From contig CAYVEC010000001.1 of NCBI GenBank assembly GCA_964450385.1, positions 26,957 through 90,956 on the forward strand: DNA of 64,000 nucleotides, written 5' to 3'. The stretch is from an uncultured Planctomycetales bacterium. Lineage in GTDB: Bacteria > Omnitrophota > Gorgyraeia > Zapsychrales > JANLHA01. The notes beneath the pieces are model-generated. The model worked only from the letters and a program-made list of their open reading frames with translations. It had not been told where the DNA came from and did not search any database. Every line of letters begins with the position of its first letter. The stretch's first letter is position 1. Shown one piece after another: positions 1-10,112 of the stretch. The position numbers were made by a program, and so were the translations under genes.

Positions 1-1
1 A

Positions 2-1537
2 ATCACCCTCGACAATCTTTTTAGTTTCGATCAGAACGAACATTACCGTATTTTGATCCTCCTGTCCGCCGCTGGCTTTGTTTTTAATCGACGGAAGATC
101 GATGTCGGGGTGTTCCTGTTCTGGCTGCTCTTTTTACTGTTTTCGCTGGCCGCGATCCGGAACCTCGCCTTCTTCGCCATTGCGGCGTATCTGAGTTTCA
201 TGAGCAATGTGATCAGCGTGTCCCTGCGGGATGTCGCTCCGATCCGTATCGACGATCGCAAATTCGAACATATTGTCGGGATCTTTGCCAAGGCGTTCTT
301 AATGATTGTCTGTATCCAGATGATCGTTGAGGCGTCATGCGAGGGGTATTTTGATCTGAAGACCTATGAGCGCAAGAGTATGTTCTGGGGGGTCTCGCAG
401 CGGTCTTTTCCGGACAGGGCCGGCGACTTTTTGGTCCGGCATCGGGTCAAAGGGAATTTTTTAAATGAGTTTAACAGCGGGGCCTATTTAGTCGGCCGCA
501 CCTATCCGGACATCCGGGTGTTTATCGACGGACGGACCGAGGTGTACGGGCCGAAGTTCTTTGAATACGCCCAGCGCTTGTTCGTGAAACAAGATATCAC
601 GGAACTCGCGAAGGCGCTCGAGAATGAGACTATTGAGGGCGTTCTCATTAACACCGTTCGGGGAGATCCCTCGGAGAAGGTCCTGAGGTATTTTTATGAG
701 CATCCCCAATGGGCTACGGTGTATCTGGGGCATGACGGGGTGATCTTTTTGAAGAAACAGGGGATCAATCAGCGTGTCATTGAGGAAACGGCGATCGATT
801 TTTCGCGCTGGCCGGTTATGCCTCTTGATATTTATCGGTTGCGCGGCAAGAGGGTGGTCCCGTATGAGCATCTTCACCGCGCGCGGAATCTGAAGGCCCT
901 TGGGTTGACGGACCTCGCCGTCGCTGAATTAAAGGCGGCATTATACGTCCAGCCGTCGTTTGAATATGCCTGGGAGGTGCTTGGGGACATTCACGCGGAG
1001 CGCAAAGATTATGCCGAGGCCTTTTATTGTTTTCGGACGGCCCTTGTTTATGGTTCCAATCAGCAGCTTCGGTTAAAGCTCGCACGTGCAGCGGATCGTC
1101 TGGGGCGGTATGATGTTGCCATCGCGCAGTTTGAAGACGAGCTTGAGGCCGCGCCTGAGGACGCTGAGGTGATGTTCTTAATGGCGGGAACGTATGCCCG
1201 GGCGGGTGAGAGCGATAAGGCGGTTTTCTGGGCTAAGCGGGGGCATGCGATCCATGGGGCAAAGGACACTCGGGATCTCGTCAAGATCGCGGACGCCTTG
1301 CTTACGATCGGGGCGTTGTCTGAGGCGCGTGCCGTTTGTGCCTTGGGCCTTGATAAGAATGAGGATCGGGACCGGCTTTATGTGAAGCTCGGAGAGATCT
1401 ATCAACGCGAGGGGGATCTTGACGCGGCGCGTCAGGCATGGCAGACCGCGCTTGAGATCGCACCCGCAAACACACAGGCGCGGGAGTTCCTCGGACTGTC
1501 TGTCGAAGATAGCGACGGGCCCAAGTCCGGAGATTGA
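2..1537 (+). CDS. Integral membrane protein with C-terminal TPR repeats. It is 5'-partial: the frame is open back to the window edge.
   Basis: No stop in frame from position 2. Hydrophobic N-terminal segments (FLFWLLFLLFSLAAI...). C-terminal TPR-like helices (ALYVQPSFEYAWEVLGDIHAERKDYAEAFYCFRTAL, GEIYQREGDLDAARQAWQTALEI). Confidence 0.5.
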   Translation: MTLDNLFSFDQNEHYRILILLSAAGFVFNRRKIDVGVFLFWLLFLLFSLAAIRNLAFFAIAAYLSFMSNVISVSLRDVAPIRIDDRKFEHIVGIFAKAFLMIVCIQMIVEASCEGYFDLKTYERKSMFWGVSQRSFPDRAGDFLVRHRVKGNFLNEFNSGAYLVGRTYPDIRVFIDGRTEVYGPKFFEYAQRLFVKQDITELAKALENETIEGVLINTVRGDPSEKVLRYFYEHPQWATVYLGHDGVIFLKKQGINQRVIEETAIDFSRWPVMPLDIYRLRGKRVVPYEHLHRARNLKALGLTDLAVAELKAALYVQPSFEYAWEVLGDIHAERKDYAEAFYCFRTALVYGSNQQLRLKLARAADRLGRYDVAIAQFEDELEAAPEDAEVMFLMAGTYARAGESDKAVFWAKRGHAIHGAKDTRDLVKIADALLTIGALSEARAVCALGLDKNEDRDRLYVKLGEIYQREGDLDAARQAWQTALEIAPANTQAREFLGLSVEDSDGPKSGD

Positions 1538-1606
1538 AATTTGAGTCGTCCTCATCTATAATGGAGCACGTGACGAGGCAACAATGGATTTTACGAAGGG
1601 GTGTGT

Positions 1607-2833
1607 ATGCGTAATATTTTGACGTTCATCTTGGCAGGGGGCAAAGGCGAGCGGCTCAACCCGTTGACGAGGGACCGGGCCAAGCCGGCCGTTCCTTTCG
1701 GCGGGATTTATCGGATCATTGATGTGACCCTGAGCAACTGTATCAATTCCGGTCTTCGACGGATCTTTGTCCTCACTCAGTACAAATCGTTCTCGCTTCA
1801 GAAACATCTTTTTTCGGGATGGTCGGATATCGTGTCCTCGCAGCTCGGCGAGTTCATTGATCTGATTCCAGCGCAGCAGCGGGTGAGTTCCGAGTGGTAT
1901 CTGGGCACGGCTGACGCGATCCATCAGAATATGTATGCGATCGCGGACCACAATCCCGATCTCGTGCTTATTCTCGCTGGGGATCACGTGTACAAAATGA
2001 ATTATCAGGACATGGTCGAGATGCACATTGAGCGCGGGGCGGATGTCACGGTCTCGTGCATCCCGATGCCGGCGGATCAGTCGTCATTATTCGGCGTGGT
2101 CGAGGCGGATGACAATAATCGCGTCATCGGGTTCCAGGAAAAACCGTCGAAGCCGAAGACCATCCCTGAGAATCCCGACCAGATCTTTGCCTCGATGGGG
2201 ATATATCTTTTTAATCGGAATGTCCTCATGCATGAGCTCGAGCTTGATGCCAAGGCTCCTTTTTCTCAGCACGATTTCGGAAAGAATGTGATCCCGCAGA
2301 TGCTCAAGAATGGACGCAAGGTTTGCGTCTATGATTTTTCCGACGAGAACGGACAGCCGTATTATTGGCGGGATATCGGGACGCGTGATGCCTATTATCA
2401 AGCGAACATGGATCTGGTCCGGCCGAATCCCGAGTTTAATATCTATGATCGCACGTGGCCGCTCCGGACCAATCATATTCAGTACCCGCCGGTCAAGACG
2501 GCCAGCTGGCAGCTCCCTGACGGGCGTTCGGTTGACAGTTCGATCGTTGATTCCCTGATCTCTGGGGGGTGCATTATTCAAGGGGCGACGGTCAAGGGGT
2601 CGGTCGTGTCGCCGAATGTCCGGATCGGCCGCGGGGCTGATGTCGTGAATTCCGTTATCATGAATAATGTGACGATTGGTGAAGGGGCCTCGATCCAGAA
2701 CGCGATCCTCGATAAAGAGGTTCGAATCGCTGATGGGGCGCGGATCGGGCATGACCTGGATGAGGACCGGAAGCGTTTTGAGGTCACGACCTCTGGGATC
2801 GTGATCGTGGCGAAGAAAGAGGCGATCAAATAA
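1607..2833 (+). CDS. glgC: Glucose-1-phosphate adenylyltransferase (ADP-glucose pyrophosphorylase)
   Basis: N-terminal ILAGGKGERLNPLTRDRAKPAVPFGG nucleotidyl-transferase motif. C-terminal left-handed beta-helix repeats. ATG at 1607 preceded by GAAGGGG. Confidence 0.85.
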   Translation: MRNILTFILAGGKGERLNPLTRDRAKPAVPFGGIYRIIDVTLSNCINSGLRRIFVLTQYKSFSLQKHLFSGWSDIVSSQLGEFIDLIPAQQRVSSEWYLGTADAIHQNMYAIADHNPDLVLILAGDHVYKMNYQDMVEMHIERGADVTVSCIPMPADQSSLFGVVEADDNNRVIGFQEKPSKPKTIPENPDQIFASMGIYLFNRNVLMHELELDAKAPFSQHDFGKNVIPQMLKNGRKVCVYDFSDENGQPYYWRDIGTRDAYYQANMDLVRPNPEFNIYDRTWPLRTNHIQYPPVKTASWQLPDGRSVDSSIVDSLISGGCIIQGATVKGSVVSPNVRIGRGADVVNSVIMNNVTIGEGASIQNAILDKEVRIADGARIGHDLDEDRKRFEVTTSGIVIVAKKEAIK

Positions 2834-2857
2834 GGCCCACAAATTTATTGAGAATGG

Positions 2858-2893
2858 AAAAGCCCGCTGGGATATCCCCGGCGGGCTTTTTTG
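2858..2893. terminator. Bidirectional rho-independent terminator between convergent glgC and etfA
   Basis: Hairpin AGCCCGC-TGGGATATCC-CCGGCGGGCT followed by TTTTTT. Confidence 0.5.
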
Positions 2894-2908
2894 TGGCGAT
2901 AGAAAAGT

Positions 2909-4105
2909 CTAGCGATTTAAGGCCTCTTTGAATTTTCGGGTCAAGAGCGGCACGACCTCAAACACGTCACCCACGATGCCGAAGGTGGCAACGGTGAAGA
3001 TCGGGGCGTCAGGGTCCTTGTTGATCGCGATGATGATGTCTGACGACTGCATTCCGACGAGATGCTGGATCTGGCCGGAGATCCCGCAGGCGATATAGAT
3101 CTTGGGACAGACGGTCTTGCCGGTCTGGCCGACCTGATGGGAATACGGCATCCAGCCGCTATCGACCGCGGCGCGTGACGAGCCGACGGCGCCCCCGAGC
3201 ACGCGGGCCAATTCCTCGAGGATCGCGAAATTCTCTGGGCCCCGCATCCCGCGGCCTCCGGAAACGATGATATCGGCTTCTGCGATATTGATCGTGGCCG
3301 TGACCTCTTCGACAATGTCTAATAGCTTTGTCCGTGAGGTCAGGAGAGTCGGCGTGATTGACTCTTCGATGACCTTGCCCTTACGGGTTGTATCAAGGGG
3401 GCTTTCCTTAAAGACCTTGTGTCTCACCGTGGCCATCTGCGGGCGGTGGTTCTTGCTCAGGATCGTGGCCATGATGTTGCCGCCGAACGCCGGGCGGGTC
3501 TGACGCAAGAAGCCTTCCTTGGGGTCGATGTCAAGATCGGTACAGTCGGCGGTGAGGCCGGTGTGGAGTTTGACCGCGACCCGTGAGATCAGCGACCGAC
3601 CGAGGAAGGTCGCGCCGCAGAGGAAGATCGCCGGCCGGTATTTACGGATCAGTTGGACAAGGACTTTTGTGTAGGGCTCATCCAAAAAGTGTTCAAGCTT
3701 CGGACTGTCGACGAGGATAACCGTGTCCGCCCCGCGGTGGATCAGGGTCTTTGCCGTGTCCTTGATATTGTGCCCGAGAATGACGCAGGTGACATCGGTC
3801 TTGAGTGCTGCCGCGAGCTCCCGCGCCTTGCCGAGCAGTTCAAAGACGATTGGCTGGACCACGCCGCGCTTCTGTTCACCGAAGACCCATATCCCCTGAT
3901 ACTGCTCGATGTTCGGGGTCTTGCTGGAACTGCGCTTGAGATCAATTGCCTTGAACTTGCACGAATCAACGCATGCGCCGCAGAGCGTGCATTTGTCGGG
4001 ATCAATGACCGCTTTCTTGTCGGAGATCGAGATCGCGGCAAAGGGGCAGACGTTCAGGCAGATCGTGCAGCCCGTGCATTTATCTTTAAGGATCTGAATG
4101 CTCAT
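2909..4105 (-). CDS. etfA: Electron transfer flavoprotein alpha subunit with an N-terminal 2x[4Fe-4S] ferredoxin domain
   Basis: Two CxxCxxCxxxCP clusters (CTGCTICLNVCP, CTLCGACVDSC). ETF-alpha FAD-binding C-terminus (GISGQIQHLVGMQSSDIIIAINKDPDAPIF). Confidence 0.8.
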   Translation of the reverse strand: MSIQILKDKCTGCTICLNVCPFAAISISDKKAVIDPDKCTLCGACVDSCKFKAIDLKRSSSKTPNIEQYQGIWVFGEQKRGVVQPIVFELLGKARELAAALKTDVTCVILGHNIKDTAKTLIHRGADTVILVDSPKLEHFLDEPYTKVLVQLIRKYRPAIFLCGATFLGRSLISRVAVKLHTGLTADCTDLDIDPKEGFLRQTRPAFGGNIMATILSKNHRPQMATVRHKVFKESPLDTTRKGKVIEESITPTLLTSRTKLLDIVEEVTATINIAEADIIVSGGRGMRGPENFAILEELARVLGGAVGSSRAAVDSGWMPYSHQVGQTGKTVCPKIYIACGISGQIQHLVGMQSSDIIIAINKDPDAPIFTVATFGIVGDVFEVVPLLTRKFKEALNR

Positions 4106-4106
4106 A

Positions 4107-4889
4107 TTATTTCAACCTATTCTTTAACAGATTGACGACTTGTGTTGTTGCCTCGTCGGGATCGCAGGTGAAGATCTCGCCCTTGGGCCGTGCCGGCGGG
4201 GTGAAGATCTTTGAGACCCAGGTCGGGGACCCGGTGAGCCCGAGCTGAACCTCTTCGGCATCGATATCGATCGCCTTCCAGATCGGGATTTCGATCTTTT
4301 TCGCGCGCATCTTGCCTTTAAGGGAAGGGAGGCGCGGCTCATTGATTTCTTTGACAACGGTCAAGAGGCAGGGGAGGGAGGTCTTAATGACCTCGTAGCC
4401 TTCCTCGGTCATGCGTTCCGCGGTGAGCGACGTCTCGTCCACGGCCGTGATCTTTTTAACGTAGGTGATCTGAGGAACGTCGAGTTGAGTCGCGATCCCT
4501 GGTCCGACCTGGGCGGTATCTCCGTCCGAGGCCTGTTTTCCGCAGAGAATAACATCAAAGGTGCCGATCCGTCGGATCGCACCCGCCAGGGTGTACCCTG
4601 TTGCCAGGGTATCGGACCCGGCGAAGGCTCGGTCGCTGATAAGGATTGCCTCGTCGCAGCCAAGAGAGACGGCCTCACGGAGCGCGGCATCGGCCTGCGG
4701 CGGACCCATGGTGATGACCGTGGTCTTGCCGCCGTATTTTTCCTTCAGCCGGACGCCTTCCTCGATGGCATAGGTGTCAAAGGGATTGATGATGGAGGAG
4801 ACACCCTCTCGAATCAGGGTATTGGTGACCGGATCGATCTTCACCTGGGTCGTGTCCGGGACCTGTTTGATACAGACAATAATGTTCAT
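4107..4889 (-). CDS. etfB: Electron transfer flavoprotein beta subunit
   Basis: MNIIVCIKQVPDTTQVKIDP N-terminus typical of EtfB. 260 aa. Immediately upstream of etfA in the same operon. Confidence 0.8.
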   Translation of the reverse strand: MNIIVCIKQVPDTTQVKIDPVTNTLIREGVSSIINPFDTYAIEEGVRLKEKYGGKTTVITMGPPQADAALREAVSLGCDEAILISDRAFAGSDTLATGYTLAGAIRRIGTFDVILCGKQASDGDTAQVGPGIATQLDVPQITYVKKITAVDETSLTAERMTEEGYEVIKTSLPCLLTVVKEINEPRLPSLKGKMRAKKIEIPIWKAIDIDAEEVQLGLTGSPTWVSKIFTPPARPKGEIFTCDPDEATTQVVNLLKNRLK

Positions 4890-6040
4890 TTCTTCTTGCT
4901 TTCCTTGATGAGATTAAGGGCGATGATATTGCGCTGGATTTGGTTCGTGCCCTCGTAGATCTGGGTGATCTTGGCATCGCGCATGTATTTTTCGACGGGA
5001 TATTCCTTAATATATCCGTACCCTCCGAAGATCTGGACCGCGTCGGTCGTCACGTGCATGGCAACGTCGGAGGCGAACATCTTGGCCATCGACGACTGCA
5101 TGGTCACATCTTTGACACCGGCATCGATCTGACGCGCGGCCGCGTAGACGAGCGCCCGGGCGGCCTCGATCTGTGTGGCCATGTCCGCCAGCATGAATTG
5201 GATTCCTTGGAAACTGGAGATCGGTTTGCCGAATTGATGGCGCTCGGTCGAATATTTCAACGCTGCATCGAACGCGCCCTGAGCAATCCCGACCGCCTGG
5301 GCGCCGATCCCAGGCCGTGACATGTCGAAGGTCCTCATCGCGATCAAAAATCCCTGGCCCTCGCGGCCGAGGAGATTTTCCTTGGGGACCCGACAGTCGG
5401 TGAAGATGAGCTCGCGGGTCGTGGAGGCCCGGATACCGAGTTTTTCCTCTTTCTTGCCGAAGGTGAATCCCGGGGTCCCTTTTTCGACGATAAAAACGCT
5501 CGCCCCGCGTGAGCCCTTGGCTTTGTCGGTCATGGCCACGATCGTATAGGTATCGGCCTCGCCGCCGTTCGTGATGAAATGCTTGGTCCCGTTGAGGATA
5601 TAGTGGTCCCCGTCCTTTGTCGCCGTGGTCTGCATGGCGCTCACATCCGAGCCTGCGGCGGGTTCGGTAATCCCGTAGGCAGCCAGTTTTTTACCGCTGG
5701 CGATATCGGGCAGATATTTTTGTTTTTGTTCGTCATTCCCGAAGAGGAGGATCGGGTCGGTTCCGAGCGCGGTTCCGGCAAAGGCAAGCCCGATTCCGGC
5801 GCATCCGCGTGAGAGTTCTTCAGTCGTGATGCAGAGCTCTAGGATCCCGCCGCCCATACCGCCGTATTCCTCGGGGATGTAGACCCCGCAGAGGTCGGAC
5901 TGGGCCAGGACCTTGACGATCTCCCAGGGGAATTCTTCGGTGGCATCATATTTGGCAGCCACGGGTTTGATCTTTTCCTCAGCGATCTCGCGGCAGAGGT
6001 CCCGCAGCATGATTTGCTCTTCGGTCAGTTGATAATCCAT
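4886..6040 (-). CDS. Acyl-CoA dehydrogenase (short-chain/butyryl-CoA type)
   Basis: 384 aa. ACAD N-terminal, middle and C-terminal signatures (GITEPAAGSDV, FGGYGYIKEYPVEKYMRDAKITQIYEGTNQIQR). 4 bp overlap with etfB. Confidence 0.8.
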   Translation of the reverse strand: MDYQLTEEQIMLRDLCREIAEEKIKPVAAKYDATEEFPWEIVKVLAQSDLCGVYIPEEYGGMGGGILELCITTEELSRGCAGIGLAFAGTALGTDPILLFGNDEQKQKYLPDIASGKKLAAYGITEPAAGSDVSAMQTTATKDGDHYILNGTKHFITNGGEADTYTIVAMTDKAKGSRGASVFIVEKGTPGFTFGKKEEKLGIRASTTRELIFTDCRVPKENLLGREGQGFLIAMRTFDMSRPGIGAQAVGIAQGAFDAALKYSTERHQFGKPISSFQGIQFMLADMATQIEAARALVYAAARQIDAGVKDVTMQSSMAKMFASDVAMHVTTDAVQIFGGYGYIKEYPVEKYMRDAKITQIYEGTNQIQRNIIALNLIKESKKK

Positions 6041-6403
6041 TCACGACACTCCTTTTTGTCTGTTAAAGGATGAAATAATATCAAATATTCTGAGTTCCTT
6101 TGAAAAACTTTCCCATATTACCATAGGGGCGGCGAAGAGCGCAATATTTTTTTCTTTTTAAATTTTACTATAGAGCCGCGCAGGGCTATTGGAGCCTATC
6201 TCGAGGGGAAAAGGGATAAAAAAATTAAAATCATATTGACATCTGAGGCTTTCCTCTTTAAATTGAAATTAGCAAAAAAGATAAGAAATTCTTATTTTTT
6301 TGTAACGTATCTATTTCCAAAACGTTCGGTCTAAGATATCCATAACAGAGTGCGCATCAGCGGGGTTACTCTAAAATACCAGTTCTGTTAAAGGGAGGAG
6401 ATC
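6041..6403. promoter_or_regulatory. AT-rich (about 30% GC) 360 bp divergent intergenic/promoter region between acd-etfBA (-) and acp (+)
   Basis: Composition contrasts sharply with the roughly 60% GC flanks. TTGACA-like and TATAAT-like hexamers are present. An 11-nt direct repeat TCTGTTAAAGG occurs at both ends (about 6058 and 6385). Confidence 0.4.
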
Positions 6404-6661
6404 ATGGGACAAGTGCCGCAGGGGGTTGACGTCGCGCGGGATGTTCGCCAGTTGGTCGCCGAGATCCTTGAGGAGGATCCCGAGGCGATTAAGGGAGACG
6501 CCAAGTTTGTGAAGGATCTAGGGATGGATTCGATGATGGCCCTCGAGATCCTCGCTGGTATTGAAAAGAAATATCGGATTGCGATCCCCGAGGAGATGCT
6601 GCCTCAGTTTACGGATTTGGACACAACGGTAAAACTCGTCAAAGAGCTCTTGTCCGCCTAG
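6404..6661 (+). CDS. acpP: Acyl carrier protein (orphan, not in a fab cluster)
   Basis: 85 aa. DLGMDSMMALEI phosphopantetheine-attachment serine motif (DSM). Acidic helical protein. GGAGG-like SD (AAGGGAGGAG). Confidence 0.8.
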   Translation: MGQVPQGVDVARDVRQLVAEILEEDPEAIKGDAKFVKDLGMDSMMALEILAGIEKKYRIAIPEEMLPQFTDLDTTVKLVKELLSA

Positions 6662-6706
6662 GGTTGCCCGTCGGGGAATTTAGGAAGTACTACAGAGGAG
6701 TGCCCG

Positions 6707-9700
6707 GTGTATCTGAAGAAATTAGAGATTTTCGGATTTAAATCCTTCGCGGATAAGACCGTGTTTAATTTTGGGCCCGGGATCACGGCGATCATCGGCC
6801 CGAATGGCTGCGGCAAGAGCAATGTCTTTGACGCGATCCGGTGGGTCCTCGGGGAACAGAGTGTCAAGGAACTTCGCGGTTCGTCGATGGAGGACGTGAT
6901 CTTTAATGGGACTGACAAGAAGCCGGCCCTTGGTTTTGCCGAGGTGAGCCTGACCTTTTCGAATGAATCCCGGACCCTGCCGTATGATTATAATGAGGTG
7001 ACGGTCACCCGCAAGCTCTTCCGTTCCGGCGAGAGCGAGTACTTGATTAACAAGACCGTGGTGCGATTGAAAGATATCGCGGAGATGTTCATGGGCACCG
7101 GGATCGGGGCCGAGGCTTATTCTATGGTGCAACAAGGACGGGTCGATCTCGTCGTGAGCGCGCGGCCTGAGGATCGGCGGATTATTTTGGATGAGGCCTC
7201 GGGCATCACTAAATATAAATCGAAACGACGCGAGGCCTTGAACCGGCTCCGCGACACCGAGAACAACCTTCTTCGGATCAACGATATTATTGCTGAGGTT
7301 AAGCGTCAGATCGCCACGTGCGAGCGGCAGGCCAAAAAGGCCCAGCGGTATAAAGAGGAATTCGACAAGCTCAAGACCCTTGAAGTTCGTTATGCTCGTC
7401 ATGAGATCGCGGCCCATCAGCGCCGACGGGAGGAGACGCACGAGCGGATTGAACAGATGCGGGCCCGCGAGGTTGGGCTTCAGCAGGAATTGGAGGAGTT
7501 CAAGAACGTCCTGGAGCATGAGCTCGCGATGCTGGAGGAGTATGAGGAGCGCATCAATACGGTTAAGGCGGATCAGATCAAGATCGATGGACAGATCGAT
7601 GTGGATCAGCGTCAGATCGGGTTCAATGAGGAGCGCCTTGAGAATATCAGCGTCACGCGGCGGCGTATTCAGGACACCCTCAGCCAGCTCGCCGAGAGGA
7701 TCGCTCAGCAGCAGGCCAAGATCGATGAAGTGAATGGATTTCTGGCTGGTCTTGATGCCGCGATCGCGGACGATGCCCGGCGTCTTGAGGCGCGGCGCGA
7801 GCAGCTCCGTGGGATCCACGAGGTCGTGGCTCAGGCCCATGATCATATTCGCCAGAATGAGGAGCGGATCCTTGTGATCACCTCGGACCAGGTCAAGGTG
7901 AAGAACCGCCTGACCGAGAGCATGAAACAGGTCCAGGGCGGTCTCGCTCGCCAGCGGCGGCTTGAGATCGAACAGGGGAAGGTCTCGGCCGAGAAAACGG
8001 CGATCGACCAGCGCCTGGCGAATGTCTGCCGGCGGATCGATGAGGTCACCGGCGAGGTCGCGGGGCTCCGCAGTCAGTTATCAGGCAATCGGACCGTGGC
8101 AGAGGGCATTCAGGCCCAGGCCGCTGAGCTCGATCATGTCATCGCCGAGCGGGACCGGAATAAACTGTTTTTGATCTCCCAGAAGGAGTTCATTGAGAAA
8201 TTAAGCGCCCAATATGAGGACATCCCTGACCCGGTGGTTCAGGGACGGTTTTTCGCGAACCGCGCCCCGATGGCGCATCATACGGGCATGATCGGCAAGG
8301 TCCGTCAGGTCAATCCGGTCGAGACGGAGCGTTTAGGGCAGTTGGCCCACCTCTTCGGCGAGAGCGGGCAGGCCCTTTATGAGATCATCTGTGAGACGAA
8401 ATTTATTGAATTGGATCCTGTCCAGATCTCGGGCCGGATCCAAGAATTGACGGTCGAGATCGAGCAGAAGACCGCGGAACGGCGGTTGCTCGAGGGGCGC
8501 CAGGCCGAGGTGCGGGCGGTCATCACCCGTGTTGAGGCCGAGACCCAGGAACGCGAGACGGCCTTGTCAATCCTCCACGCGCAGCGCGGGGATATTGAGG
8601 CCGAGGTCGCAAAACTTCAGCAGGAGCTTGAACTCGTCGAGGTCGAGCTCGATGAGGTCCGAACTACGCTGGAGGCCCATCATCAGGCAGAGGAGGTCCT
8701 GTCGCATCAGCTTCAGGAGCTGACGGCCGGCCTCGAGGAGGCCCAGCGGGCCATTAAGGAACAGCAGGAGATGATCCGGGTCAAGGGCCTTGAGCGCGAG
8801 GAGACCACGGTCGCGATCGCCCAGCTCGAGGTTGAGGTGAATTCGGTCGAGGGCCGGCGTTCGAGCCATCTCGAGAATTTGAGGATCTTCCATGAGGCCC
8901 TTGCCGGGGCCCGGAGCGAGACCGAGCGGCTCACGGCCGAACTCGCCGAGCTTGGCGACAAGGAGCAGCGGTATCATCAGGACATGACCGGGATCCATGA
9001 CGAGATCGCCCGGTTAAAAGACGAACGCGAGGGGCTGCAGGCGACGCTGTTACAGCATCAGCGGGAAAAGGTTGAGGTAGCCCAGCGGACGCAGAGTCTC
9101 AAGACGAACATTGAGGCCTACACTCGTGAGCTTGAAGAGATTCGAAGCTCCCTCCATCAGGAACAGATGGGGGAGCAGGAGATGGGGTTCAAGGAGAAGG
9201 AGATCCGCGACCGGCTTTGGCAGGCGTACCGGATCGATCTGAACGCCGAGGCCGTTGGGGCAGCCGAGGTCGGGGACATTGAGGGCGTGGCCCTTGAGGG
9301 CCCGCTGGACGCGCATGAGGTGGGGCTTGTGATCGAGCGGCTCCGGCGACGATGTGAGTCGTTCGGATCCGTTAATCTTGTCGCGATTGAAGAATTCGAG
9401 GAGCTCAAACAGCGCTTTGAGTTCTTGACGAAACAGCAGGCGGACCTCATTACGGCCAAGGAGTCGCTGCACCGCACGATCCAAAAGATCAACCGTGAGA
9501 CCCGCCAGATGTTCCTCAATACATTCACGAAGGTCAGCGAGGAGTTCCGGATCTATTTTCGGATGCTCTTCGGAGGCGGCGAGGCGCAGCTTGTGCTGCT
9601 CGACCCGGAGAATGTCCTTGAGTCGGGGATCGACATCATCGCCCGGCCTCCCGGCAAGAAGCGGCAGAACATCAGCCTCCTCTCCGGCGGGGAGAAGACC

Positions 9701-10009
9701 CTGACGGCGATCGCGCTGATCTTTGGGGTCTTCAAAGTCAATCCGAGCCCGTTCTGCGTTCTCGACGAGATCGACGCCGCGCTTGATGAATCGAACGTCG
9801 GGCGATACAGTTATCTCTTGAAGGATTTTGCCAAGATCGCCCAATTCATTGTGATCACGCACAACAAAAAGACGATCGTGAACGCGAATGTGATGTACGG
9901 GATCACGATGCAGCAGACCGGCGTGTCCAAACTCGTCTCGGTCAAATTCTCGGATAAGGAGAAGGTGTCGATCGATGACGACCTGCCGGCATCTTTATCC
10001 GCGGCATAG
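6707..10009 (+). CDS. smc: Chromosome partition protein SMC
   Basis: 1100 aa. N-terminal Walker A (FGFKSFADKTVFNFGPGITAIIGPNGCGKSNVFDAIRWVLGEQS). Long coiled coils. Hinge. C-terminal LSGGEKTLTAIALIFGVF signature and Walker B (CVLDEIDAALDE). Confidence 0.9.
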   Translation: MYLKKLEIFGFKSFADKTVFNFGPGITAIIGPNGCGKSNVFDAIRWVLGEQSVKELRGSSMEDVIFNGTDKKPALGFAEVSLTFSNESRTLPYDYNEVTVTRKLFRSGESEYLINKTVVRLKDIAEMFMGTGIGAEAYSMVQQGRVDLVVSARPEDRRIILDEASGITKYKSKRREALNRLRDTENNLLRINDIIAEVKRQIATCERQAKKAQRYKEEFDKLKTLEVRYARHEIAAHQRRREETHERIEQMRAREVGLQQELEEFKNVLEHELAMLEEYEERINTVKADQIKIDGQIDVDQRQIGFNEERLENISVTRRRIQDTLSQLAERIAQQQAKIDEVNGFLAGLDAAIADDARRLEARREQLRGIHEVVAQAHDHIRQNEERILVITSDQVKVKNRLTESMKQVQGGLARQRRLEIEQGKVSAEKTAIDQRLANVCRRIDEVTGEVAGLRSQLSGNRTVAEGIQAQAAELDHVIAERDRNKLFLISQKEFIEKLSAQYEDIPDPVVQGRFFANRAPMAHHTGMIGKVRQVNPVETERLGQLAHLFGESGQALYEIICETKFIELDPVQISGRIQELTVEIEQKTAERRLLEGRQAEVRAVITRVEAETQERETALSILHAQRGDIEAEVAKLQQELELVEVELDEVRTTLEAHHQAEEVLSHQLQELTAGLEEAQRAIKEQQEMIRVKGLEREETTVAIAQLEVEVNSVEGRRSSHLENLRIFHEALAGARSETERLTAELAELGDKEQRYHQDMTGIHDEIARLKDEREGLQATLLQHQREKVEVAQRTQSLKTNIEAYTRELEEIRSSLHQEQMGEQEMGFKEKEIRDRLWQAYRIDLNAEAVGAAEVGDIEGVALEGPLDAHEVGLVIERLRRRCESFGSVNLVAIEEFEELKQRFEFLTKQQADLITAKESLHRTIQKINRETRQMFLNTFTKVSEEFRIYFRMLFGGGEAQLVLLDPENVLESGIDIIARPPGKKRQNISLLSGGEKTLTAIALIFGVFKVNPSPFCVLDEIDAALDESNVGRYSYLLKDFAKIAQFIVITHNKKTIVNANVMYGITMQQTGVSKLVSVKFSDKEKVSIDDDLPASLSAA

Positions 10010-10112
10010 ACTTGCAAAATAAGTTTTGGGAAATAATCGAGCGGCGTTCCGGGTGGGATTTATTTTCATGGTATACTTATGATGGATGAGGCGGGGTTGC
10101 GAAGGTATCGTT

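Noticed and set aside
6722-7846. 374-aa ORF on the minus strand antisense to smc, with similar long antisense ORFs at 27691-28911 (against lepA), 29689-30378, 31008-31964, 31199-31948, 41174-41782 and 45724-46605
   Set aside because: These are typical shadow ORFs in high-GC DNA. They lie entirely inside well-supported genes, are Arg/Pro/Gly-rich and low-complexity, and have no SD or family signature.
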